Shown one piece after another: positions 47,378 through 54,723 of a stretch of DNA of 64,000 nt. A program made the position numbers and the translations under genes. Where the stretch lies: NCBI GenBank assembly GCA_965214485.1, contig CBDCBW010000012.1, positions 143,950 through 207,949 on the forward strand. The letters run 5' to 3'. The notes beneath the pieces are model-generated. The model ran no database searches. It saw only the letters and a program-made list of their open reading frames with translations, and had not been told where the DNA came from. This DNA is from Rhodothermales bacterium (GTDB lineage Bacteria; Bacteroidota; Rhodothermia; Rhodothermales; JANQRZ01). Every line of letters starts with the position of its first letter. Position 1 is the stretch's first letter.

Positions 47378-48237
47378 GCAATAACGATAGGATGGCATCA
47401 TCAAGAAACAGGAGGCCTAAATACGTAAATCCTACATGGCTTACTTGCAGCGACGGATACAAATTTAAGTCTACACCTCCGTCTTCCATGCGCGAAGATA
47501 AATATCTGACGAGTTCGAATTTGTGGGAAAGGGTTATTTGCGTCACTCTTCAAGCGCAATCTGGTGATTTTCGCAATGTGGAAGTACTTCTTGATGTCGC
47601 CAGGGCAAGTGACGACTTTAGTTTAACTGATAGTTCGCTGAGGTTATTCGCTCAATCTGCTCCCTCTTCCTCTGTTTTGAGACTTGCTAGTCTGTTCAGC
47701 GACTCAGATCACTTCGTTAGACTATCGTCTTATCAGGCGGCTGTATTGAGTTGTGATCTACGTCTCGCAGGTTCTTTATCCGACCACTATGTAGATAGTG
47801 TAATCCAAGATCGCGAGGATATTTCCACTGCGATCAGTGATATGCTAGAACCTTTCAACGATAATATGGAACTATACGAAGGCCATGAAGAAGCTTATGA
47901 ATACAGAGATAAAGTTAAGAATAAGATATTTCAAATATCAGATATATATGGGAAGAAAACTGCCGTCTTCGGAGGGACAGTATTAGATTTGACGGACTTG
48001 ATGCGTCGCGTTATCCATCTTTGCGAAGATGATTGTGAAGAGTATAGTGCCGTAATATATGGGATGATGTCTATCGTTGAAGGAATGACTGGTGTCTTGC
48101 TAAAAGGATGCTTTGATGAAGAATGTAATCCTATAATGGACGAACTGACACATGTAATTAATAGAATGAATTTGGAAATTAAAAGCAAAAAATATAATAC
48201 AGGAGTTAGGTATTTTTTCAGTAATATATTAGTTTGA
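47368..48237 (+). CDS. putative cognate immunity protein
   Basis: The 289-aa ORF overlaps the toxin gene by 10 nt and shares its low-GC composition. It is acidic and has no signal peptide. The assignment rests on position only. Confidence 0.55.
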   Translation: MDLGNNDRMASSRNRRPKYVNPTWLTCSDGYKFKSTPPSSMREDKYLTSSNLWERVICVTLQAQSGDFRNVEVLLDVARASDDFSLTDSSLRLFAQSAPSSSVLRLASLFSDSDHFVRLSSYQAAVLSCDLRLAGSLSDHYVDSVIQDREDISTAISDMLEPFNDNMELYEGHEEAYEYRDKVKNKIFQISDIYGKKTAVFGGTVLDLTDLMRRVIHLCEDDCEEYSAVIYGMMSIVEGMTGVLLKGCFDEECNPIMDELTHVINRMNLEIKSKKYNTGVRYFFSNILV

Positions 48238-48460
48238 AAATCAAGACGCACACCGAGTGGAGTGAAATTCAGTATGAAAATGCTCCTATGTACTATCTTC
48301 TTATTCAGTTTGAGCCCGACGCCTCGGCTTTTGCACAGGCTCTAGACGTGTCTTGGTCACGCATCAAGTTTGGGCGCACATTCGGAAAGAAACTCGTAGA
48401 GCAGACCCTCTCGGTCTTGGGGCGATGGGGACTCCTGTAGGGGCAGCAGGGCCTACCCTC

Positions 48461-49723
48461 ATGAGCGATATCATCACCGATATCATCACGCAGCACGCCG
48501 AGGAAGCCGCCTTTCTGTGGCAGCTCCGGGGAGGCATCGTCCACGCGCCGCACTACACGCTCGAAGAACTGGCCGGGCACGACGAGCGCGCCGAGGCTCA
48601 CCTCGACGGATTGCGAATCGCGAGCGAACCAGGATGGGTTGTCTGCCGGGAGCAACTGGTCTGGCAGGAGGGGGGCGAGACCTTCGCCGCCGCCGTGCTG
48701 GCGCTGGAGGGTGGAACCGACGAGCGCTACAGCACGGTGCTCGAAGCCGCGAGCGGCACGGAGGAACAGGCGCGCGGGTTCGTCTCTGCGCTCGGGTGGC
48801 TGCCCTACAAGCGAGTAAAGGCGCGTATCGAGCAGCTGCTGAATGCAGAGTCGGCAGCGATGCAATACCTCGGAATCGCAGGGGCAGCGGTGCATCGGCA
48901 GGACCCTGGGGTGCATCTTGCCACGGCGCTCGCGGTGCCAGATGGGAGGCTGCAGGCGCGGGCGCTGAAGGCGGTGGGGGAGCTAGGGCGGCGGGACCTG
49001 CTCGGGTCGCTTTACCCCCATCTGCAGGCGGAGGATCAGAAGTCGCGCTTCTACGCAGCGTGGTCGGCGGTGCGGCTGGGGGACGACCGGGCCGTCCGGG
49101 TGCTGATGGAGATCGCGGAGGCTGGCGGCCTTTACGCAGAGAAAGCGCTGGACCTCGCGCTACGGCGGCTGCCCGTCGCGCAGGCGCTGGACGTCGTCCG
49201 CCGGTTCGACGCGGAGCCGGAGCGGCAGCGGTTGGGTGTGATCGGTGCCGGAGTGGTCGGAGACCCGGCGCTCGTGCCGTGGCTGATCGAGCAGATGGCG
49301 GTGCCGGAACTGTCTCGCGTTGCCGGAGAGGCGTTCACGAACATCACCGGCGTGGACCTCGCCTACCACGATCTCGAAGGCGAGTGGCCCGAGGGGTTCG
49401 AGGCCGGGCCGACGGAAGACTCGGAGGACGAGAACGTCGAGATGGACCGGGACGAAGACCTGCCGTGGCCGGACCCGGCGCTCGTCGCGGCGTGGTGGCA
49501 CACGCACGGCGGGGCGTTCCAGACAGGAACCCGCTACTTCCTGGGGCAACCGCTGAGCGAGCCGGTGTTGCAGGACGCGCTCCGGCTAGGGATGCAGCGG
49601 CAGCGAGCGGCAGCGGCGCTGGAGCTAGCGCTGCTTTATCCCGACCAACCCCTCTTCGAGGTCCGGGCACCGGGCTTCCGGCAGCAGCGGATGCTGGGAC
49701 TCGCGCCGGCCTGGGCGGGGTAG
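48461..49723 (+). CDS. TIGR02270-family HEAT-repeat protein (PA0101-like)
   Basis: ATG 48461 opens MSDIITDIITQHAEEAAFLWQLRG, the N-terminal motif I associate with TIGR02270. HEAT-like repeats and an acidic insert follow, for 420 aa. Confidence 0.8.
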   Translation: MSDIITDIITQHAEEAAFLWQLRGGIVHAPHYTLEELAGHDERAEAHLDGLRIASEPGWVVCREQLVWQEGGETFAAAVLALEGGTDERYSTVLEAASGTEEQARGFVSALGWLPYKRVKARIEQLLNAESAAMQYLGIAGAAVHRQDPGVHLATALAVPDGRLQARALKAVGELGRRDLLGSLYPHLQAEDQKSRFYAAWSAVRLGDDRAVRVLMEIAEAGGLYAEKALDLALRRLPVAQALDVVRRFDAEPERQRLGVIGAGVVGDPALVPWLIEQMAVPELSRVAGEAFTNITGVDLAYHDLEGEWPEGFEAGPTEDSEDENVEMDRDEDLPWPDPALVAAWWHTHGGAFQTGTRYFLGQPLSEPVLQDALRLGMQRQRAAAALELALLYPDQPLFEVRAPGFRQQRMLGLAPAWAG

Positions 49724-49886
49724 CCCTCCTGGCTCTCCAGTGATATCTCGCTGCGTGTCAGGGCCGTCCGGGAGCGACTCCGCGCGGGCACGCACCGTGG
49801 GGGCCACCCTCCCTAGAGTGCAAGACGATTGCTTGTAGGCGAACCCCCTGCTTCCGCTGCCATCGCTTTGCTCCGAGCAGCGAAAG

Positions 49887-49912
49887 CTGTCCCCCTCGCG
49901 TGAGGGGGACAG
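49887..49912. terminator. perfect 11-bp GC-rich hairpin after the last cargo-module gene
   Basis: CTGTCCCCCTC (49887-49897) pairs with GAGGGGGACAG (49902-49912) across a GCGT loop. There is no clear T-tail. Confidence 0.35.
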
Positions 49913-49987
49913 TCCGTTGGCCGTTGAGCGCCAGCGATGGGCCGACGGACGGGGAGTCGGCTCACGAGAAAAGAGACCGCGACGCTA

Positions 49988-50503
49988 GGCTCTGTCTGAG
50001 ATTGGATGCGGTGTAGCTTGGGTGCGCCACCTACTCTCGGTCCTCTAGGCCGCAACGCCGCTACGAACTCGCCGAGGAGCCGTTCGCCCTCATCGAATCC
50101 CTGGTGCCCCACCCCACACGCGGCTCCCGGCGCGCCGACCGCAGCGCGTGACCGGGGCTGCGATGCGAAGCAGGGGCGGGCGTGGCTACGTGCGCGGCGT
50201 ATCCGAGCGCTGATCCCAGAGCGGCGGTGATCCCAGAGCGGAAGCTCCCAGTCGGCACGAAGCGTCGGCGAAGAAGCGTCGGCGGCGGGGTCGCCCTCCG
50301 GTACGGGAGGGCGAGCAGGACCGGCGGCGCATCGAGCGCCTGGTGGGATGGCTTGGGCGGGCGTCCGCCCGCCCGGAGCACCGCAGCGTAAGGAGCACCG
50401 CAGCGTGGCGACGGGCTTCGACAAGCGGGCCTCGTCGTGCTTGGCGATGGTGAAGCGGGCCTGCATCCGGCGCTTGCTGCGGGCCGCTATCTCAGACAAG
50501 CCC
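49988..50503 (+). mobile_element. internally deleted IS5-family (IS427-like) element, MITE-like, with terminal inverted repeats and a TA target duplication
   Basis: IRL is GGCTCTGTCTGAGAT (49988-50002). IRR is ATCTCAGACAAGCCC (50489-50503), whose reverse complement GGGCTTGTCTGAGAT matches IRL at 12 of 15 positions. TA flanks both ends (49986-87 and 50504-05). The inside holds transposase fragments in several frames, YELAEEPFALIESLVP (N-terminus), RRRIERLVGWLG and ATGFDKRASSCLAMVKRACIRRLL (C-terminus). At 516 bp it is too short for an intact IS. Confidence 0.7.
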
Positions 50504-50806
50504 TAGACTACTATGTGGCCGTGTGGGGACCGGCGTATCCCTTCGAGATGCGCGCTGACACCGTGCGGCACGGGGAAATTGGCGCGCGCTGGCTGAACTT
50601 AGTGGAGATACGCCGAACCGCTGTGGCGGGGGATGACTATGCATACTCCGTTCGACTCCGTTTCTCCGGGTCAGTCTACGAAGTGGTTGAGGGGTCCGAG
50701 GAGCGGCTGTAGCCGTCTGGAGGTTCCGAGCGTTCCGCCCGTGGAGACCTTGAAGGCGAGTAGCCGGAGGGGTCGAGGCCGGAGCGGGTCGAGGCAGGGA
50801 GACGGA

Positions 50807-50902
50807 GGACTCCGGTTGGCCCTACTCCATCCCGACCGGCCGCTCTTCGAGACGCGGGTCCCCAGCCTTCAGCAGCGGGTGCTGGGGCTCGCGCCGGCGT
50901 GG
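50807..50902 (+). pseudogene. 3' fragment of a second TIGR02270/HEAT gene
   Basis: The fragment encodes GLRLALLHPDRPLFETRVPSLQQRVLGLAPAW, which is colinear with the C-terminus of the intact gene (LELALLYPDQPLFEVRAPGFRQQRMLGLAPAW at about 49621-49717). The DNA is also visibly similar. Confidence 0.65.
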
Positions 50903-50961
50903 CGGCCTCTTCCACGCAGCCTTTGCGTTCCCCGAGTATCACCACGAAACAGAACCACCTC

Positions 50962-52785
50962 ATGGGAACGCACCCGCACGAACACGTCGGCATCCGCGTC
51001 ACCTCGGACCCGGACACCACCTTGGTCACGCAGCCTGCCGCCGAAGCCCGGCGGCGCGAGACGCCGATACCGCTCCGGCTTCTCTTCGTGGCGGACCTCA
51101 CGCCGCAGACCGAGCACAAGTGGCGCGGCGAGTCGCTCGTCCGCCGCGTGGACGTGAACGGCTTCGCTGGGCTGATGGCCGAGTGGCAGCCGGGGCTCCG
51201 GCTCGACGTGCCGAACCGCCTCAGCTCCGAGCCGAAGGCGCTGGAGGTCGCGCTGCGGTTCGCGTCGCTCAAGGACTTCACGCCGGGCGGGGTCGCGCGG
51301 CAGGTCCCGGCGCTTGCACGCCTCCTCGCCATCCGCACCGAGGTGGACGGCGTCCGCACGAAGGGCACCGACGCGGCGACCTTCCGCGCCGGCCTCGCCG
51401 AGGCCGGCGTAGACGAAGCCTCCGCCGACGGGCTGTACGCCCAGCTCACCGTCGCGCCGCCGGAAGCCACGCCTAAGCAGTCAACCGGAGACGACTCACT
51501 CGACCGGCTCATGGGGATGGTGGACACGGGCAAGGGCGAGCAGGTGCCCGGCTTTGTGGAGGCCGTCGCCGAAGCCGTGGCGGGCGACACGCCCCGCGTC
51601 GCCCGGTCCGCCGCCGACACTATCCTCGCCGACTTCGACCGGAAGCTCGGCGGGCAGCTTCGGGCGATCCTCGAGCACCCGGACCTCCGCCGGCTCGAAG
51701 CGGCGTGGCGCGGCCTGAAATTTCTCGTGGACCGCCTGCCGTTCCGCGACGGGGTCCACCTCGACGTGCTCCCCGCCGGACGTGACGAGCTGGGCGAGGC
51801 GCTCTACGAGCAGGTGCTCCTCCCGGAGCATGGTGCCGATGACGGGCGTGCCCCGCTCGCGGCCGTCCTCCTCGGATTCGCCTTCGGCAACAGCCAGGCC
51901 GACGCAGTGCTCCTCGACGACCTCGCCGGGACGGGGGCAAGCCTGCAAGCGCCGATCATCGCCTCGGCCGATCCCGCGTTCTTTGCGCTCGATGGGCCGG
52001 AGGACGAGGGGGCGATCCCGCTCGTCGCCCACCTCACCGACGGGCCGGCGTACCTCCACTGGAACAAGCTCCGGGCGAAGGACGAGGCGCGGTACGTCGC
52101 CCTCGCGTTCCCGCCGTTTTTGCTCCGCGCGCCCTACGGGCCGGAGAACCCGTCGAGGGAGGTGCCGCTCGGCGAGGAGGGGTTTCTGTGGGGCGGGGGG
52201 GCGCTCGCCGTCGGCCTCGCGCTCGCGGACTCGTTCGCCGAGACGGGCTGGCCGACCCACCTCGCCGGGCGGCGCGTCGGCGACCTGCCGCTTCACGAGA
52301 CGGGCCGGGGCGCGACGCCGCTCGCCCGCCTGCTGCCTGAGGCGAAGGCGGCGGAGCTGGCCGAGGCCGGGTTTGCCGTGCTGACGGGCGAGGCGAACCG
52401 GGACGCGCTGCGGCTCGCGCACGCGCCGAACCTTTCGAAGCCCGCCGCCTTCGACGACCCGGAGAAGACGGCCCACGCGGCGGCGCACGCCACGCTCGCG
52501 TGTGGGCTCTTCTCTGCCCGCGCCGCGCACCGGCTCCTCACCCTCCCCGGCGAGCTCGACCCGGCGGACGCGCTGGAGGCCAAGCAGGACGCCGTCGTCC
52601 AAAAGCTCCGCGCCTTTCTTGGGACGCCCGAAGCGGACGTGCCGGCCGGTGCCGTGACGGCCGAGCCGGTGCCCAAGGCGGAGATCGAGGGGCATGACTT
52701 GCTGGCGGTTCGGTTGCAGCCGCCGCCTCACGTCCTGTATCACCCCGTCCACCTCGCGGTGGGCCTCCCGGTGCCTCGCGCCTGA
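50962..52785 (+). CDS. fused TssB-TssC-like contractile-sheath paralogue
   Basis: This is a single ORF of 607 aa from ATG 50962. The N-terminal part aligns with TssB (PLRLLFVADL, LRFASLKDFTPGGVARQVPALARLLAIR). The rest aligns with TssC (LEAAWRGLKFLVDR, LAFPPFLLRAPYG, AGFAVLTGE). Confidence 0.8.
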   Translation: MGTHPHEHVGIRVTSDPDTTLVTQPAAEARRRETPIPLRLLFVADLTPQTEHKWRGESLVRRVDVNGFAGLMAEWQPGLRLDVPNRLSSEPKALEVALRFASLKDFTPGGVARQVPALARLLAIRTEVDGVRTKGTDAATFRAGLAEAGVDEASADGLYAQLTVAPPEATPKQSTGDDSLDRLMGMVDTGKGEQVPGFVEAVAEAVAGDTPRVARSAADTILADFDRKLGGQLRAILEHPDLRRLEAAWRGLKFLVDRLPFRDGVHLDVLPAGRDELGEALYEQVLLPEHGADDGRAPLAAVLLGFAFGNSQADAVLLDDLAGTGASLQAPIIASADPAFFALDGPEDEGAIPLVAHLTDGPAYLHWNKLRAKDEARYVALAFPPFLLRAPYGPENPSREVPLGEEGFLWGGGALAVGLALADSFAETGWPTHLAGRRVGDLPLHETGRGATPLARLLPEAKAAELAEAGFAVLTGEANRDALRLAHAPNLSKPAAFDDPEKTAHAAAHATLACGLFSARAAHRLLTLPGELDPADALEAKQDAVVQKLRAFLGTPEADVPAGAVTAEPVPKAEIEGHDLLAVRLQPPPHVLYHPVHLAVGLPVPRA

Positions 52786-52905
52786 GACCCCCGGGGCCTC
52801 GCGCCGGAGACGGACTGACCCGCTTCGGCGAGAAACGTCGTTTCTGTGTATTAACCTCGTCTCTCTGCCTCAGAGGCTGCCTGGCCTCTCCGCTTCGTAG
52901 GCCTC

Positions 52906-54711
52906 GTGCCCTCCTTCCGCCCTCCCTCGCCGCCTGCTGACCTCGCGCGCCCCGCCGTGAGGGCACGCGTCGAGGGCACGTCCGTCCTCGGCATCGAGCG
53001 CGCCTTCACCGAGTCGTTCACGGTCGGGCGCGGGATGCAGGCCACGCTCCACGTCGACTCCGGGCGCGTCAGCCGGCTCCACGCCGAGGTGGTTTTCGAG
53101 GAGGGCGAGGCAGGAGCGCCCGGCCGGTGGATCGCGCGCGACGCCGGGAGCACGAACGGGACGTACTACCGAGGCGAGCGGGTCGAGGAGGTCGTGCTCG
53201 AGGGCGACACGGCGGTCCGGCTCGGGCGCGAAGGACCGTTCCTCTACCTCTCGGTCCTCTCCACCGAGCGCGGCGGGGGCGAGCCGTCTGGGCGAGCCGA
53301 CCGTCCGGCGGGGCCGACAACGCCCGACGCCCACGCGCCCCTCGGCTCCGGCCTGGGCTCCGGCCTCCAGCGACCGGCGGAGCCCCCGCGCGCAGCAGTG
53401 CGAGCCGAGGCCCCCGAAACCTCGGTCGGCTCCAGCGAGGTCGGCTCCAGCGAGGTCGGCTCCAAAGAAGGCGGGCCGGCGAGCAGGGAAGGGGTCGCAC
53501 CGGAGCCGAGGGCCGCCGAGCCGGGGGCCGCCGAGCCGGGGTCCGTCAGCCAGGTCATCCGGCACTACTTCGACGAGGACCGGCCGGCGGGCGCGCAGAC
53601 GATGATGATCCGCCAGGCGTTCCACGAGGTGCAGAAGAAGCAGAAGCGGACCTACGGCACGGTGCTCGCCGCGGCGGCGGTGCTGCTGGCCGCCGTGCTC
53701 GGGCTCGCGGCCTGGCAGCAGGTGCGGGTGTCCCGGCTCCAAGACTCGACCGAGACGCTGTTCTACGAGATGAAGGAGCAGGACCTGGGGATCGCGGAGC
53801 TCCGGCTCTTCGCCGCCGAGGCGGAGGACGGCGACTTCGCCGCCCGGCTCGAGAGCCTCCAGGCCGGCCGCCGCCGCACCGCCGAGCGCTACGAGGGCTA
53901 CGTCGAGGAGCTCGGCCTCTACCGCAAGCTCACGCCCGAGGAGCGCGAGATCTACCGCATCGCGCGCATCTTCAACGAGAGCGAGTTCACCATGCCCGCC
54001 GGGTTCGTGCGCGAGGTCGAGGCGGTGATCGCCGAGTGGCAGCAGACCGAGCGCTTCGAGCGGGCGCTGCAGACGGCGGAGGAGAACGGCTACACCCGCC
54101 TCATCGTCGAGACGCTGGTCGACTACGGGCTGCCGCCGGAGTTCTTCTACCTCGCGCTCCAGGAGAGCGACTTCGTCCCGTGCCGCGTCGGGCCGCCGAC
54201 GCGGTGGGGCATCGCCAAAGGCATGTGGCAGTTCATCCCGATGACGGCCCGCCGGTTCGGCCTGCAGCCTGGCCCCCGCGAGGACCAGCGCGCCCCCGAC
54301 CCGGACGACGAGCGGTGCGACGTCGAGAAGGCCACCGACGCCGCCGCGCGCTACCTGCTGACGATCTACACGGACCTCGCCCAGGCCTCGGGCTTGCTCG
54401 TGATGGCGTCCTACAACTGGGGCGAGCACCGCGTCGGCCCCAAGCTCGACGAGCTGACGCCGCTCGAGGTCCTCCGCCAGGACCTCGCCGACATCCCGGA
54501 GAACCCGCAGGCGCGCAACTACTGGCGCTTCCTCTCCGAGTACCGCGACCGGATGCCGGAGCAAACGAAAGACTATGTGTTGCATATCTTTGCCGCCGCC
54601 GTCATCGGCCAGAACCCGCGCCTCTTCGGGTTCGACTTCGACAATCCGCTGCAGCGCTACATTGAGGAGGCGGTGACCCCGGCCATCGCCCGAGCGCCCG
54701 TCCGGCCCTGA
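52906..54711 (+). CDS. FHA domain - TM helix - SLT lytic transglycosylase fusion protein
   Basis: The FHA domain reads FTVGRGMQATLHVDSGRVSRLHAEV...ARDAGSTNGTYYRGERV. The TM helix is VLAAAAVLLAAVLGLAAW. The SLT motifs are LALQESDF, GIAKGMWQFIPMTARRFGL and MASYNWGEHRV. The GTG 52906 start is uncertain, and GTG at about 52957 is also possible. Confidence 0.85.
   Translation: MPSFRPPSPPADLARPAVRARVEGTSVLGIERAFTESFTVGRGMQATLHVDSGRVSRLHAEVVFEEGEAGAPGRWIARDAGSTNGTYYRGERVEEVVLEGDTAVRLGREGPFLYLSVLSTERGGGEPSGRADRPAGPTTPDAHAPLGSGLGSGLQRPAEPPRAAVRAEAPETSVGSSEVGSSEVGSKEGGPASREGVAPEPRAAEPGAAEPGSVSQVIRHYFDEDRPAGAQTMMIRQAFHEVQKKQKRTYGTVLAAAAVLLAAVLGLAAWQQVRVSRLQDSTETLFYEMKEQDLGIAELRLFAAEAEDGDFAARLESLQAGRRRTAERYEGYVEELGLYRKLTPEEREIYRIARIFNESEFTMPAGFVREVEAVIAEWQQTERFERALQTAEENGYTRLIVETLVDYGLPPEFFYLALQESDFVPCRVGPPTRWGIAKGMWQFIPMTARRFGLQPGPREDQRAPDPDDERCDVEKATDAAARYLLTIYTDLAQASGLLVMASYNWGEHRVGPKLDELTPLEVLRQDLADIPENPQARNYWRFLSEYRDRMPEQTKDYVLHIFAAAVIGQNPRLFGFDFDNPLQRYIEEAVTPAIARAPVRP
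53424..53468. repeat. 15-bp tandem repeat x3 (GGTCGGCTCCAGCGA) in the FHA-SLT linker
   Basis: The copies lie at 53424-53438, 53439-53453 and 53454-53468 (the last diverged), encoding EVGSSEVGSSEVGSK. A second 15-bp repeat (CCGRGGGCCGCCGAG x2.6) lies at 53506-53540. Confidence 0.93.
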
Positions 54712-54723
54712 CTGACCCCTCCC

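Noticed and set aside
48234-48440. A 68-aa ORF (TTG start) between the immunity candidate and the HEAT gene.
   Set aside because: It has no recognisable motif and a weak start, and its composition drifts from low to high GC across it. It may be a leftover of the displaced sequence at the island border rather than a gene, and I cannot support either reading.
49813-50499. A 228-aa minus-strand ORF across the scar region.
   Set aside because: It is antisense to the recognisable IS5 transposase fragments and has a low-complexity Arg/Ala/Pro-rich translation.
50437-50712. The track ORF of 91 aa, taken as an intact gene.
   Set aside because: Its first 23 codons lie inside the IS remnant, including the right inverted repeat. 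Only the part after 50505 looks like host sequence, so I treat it as the 3' part of a gene split by the insertion.
50962-52785. A second complete T6SS cluster, implied by the extra sheath-like gene.
   Set aside because: No second copies of tssE, F, G, K, hcp, clpV or tssM are present in the window, so the sheath-like fusion is an isolated paralogue.
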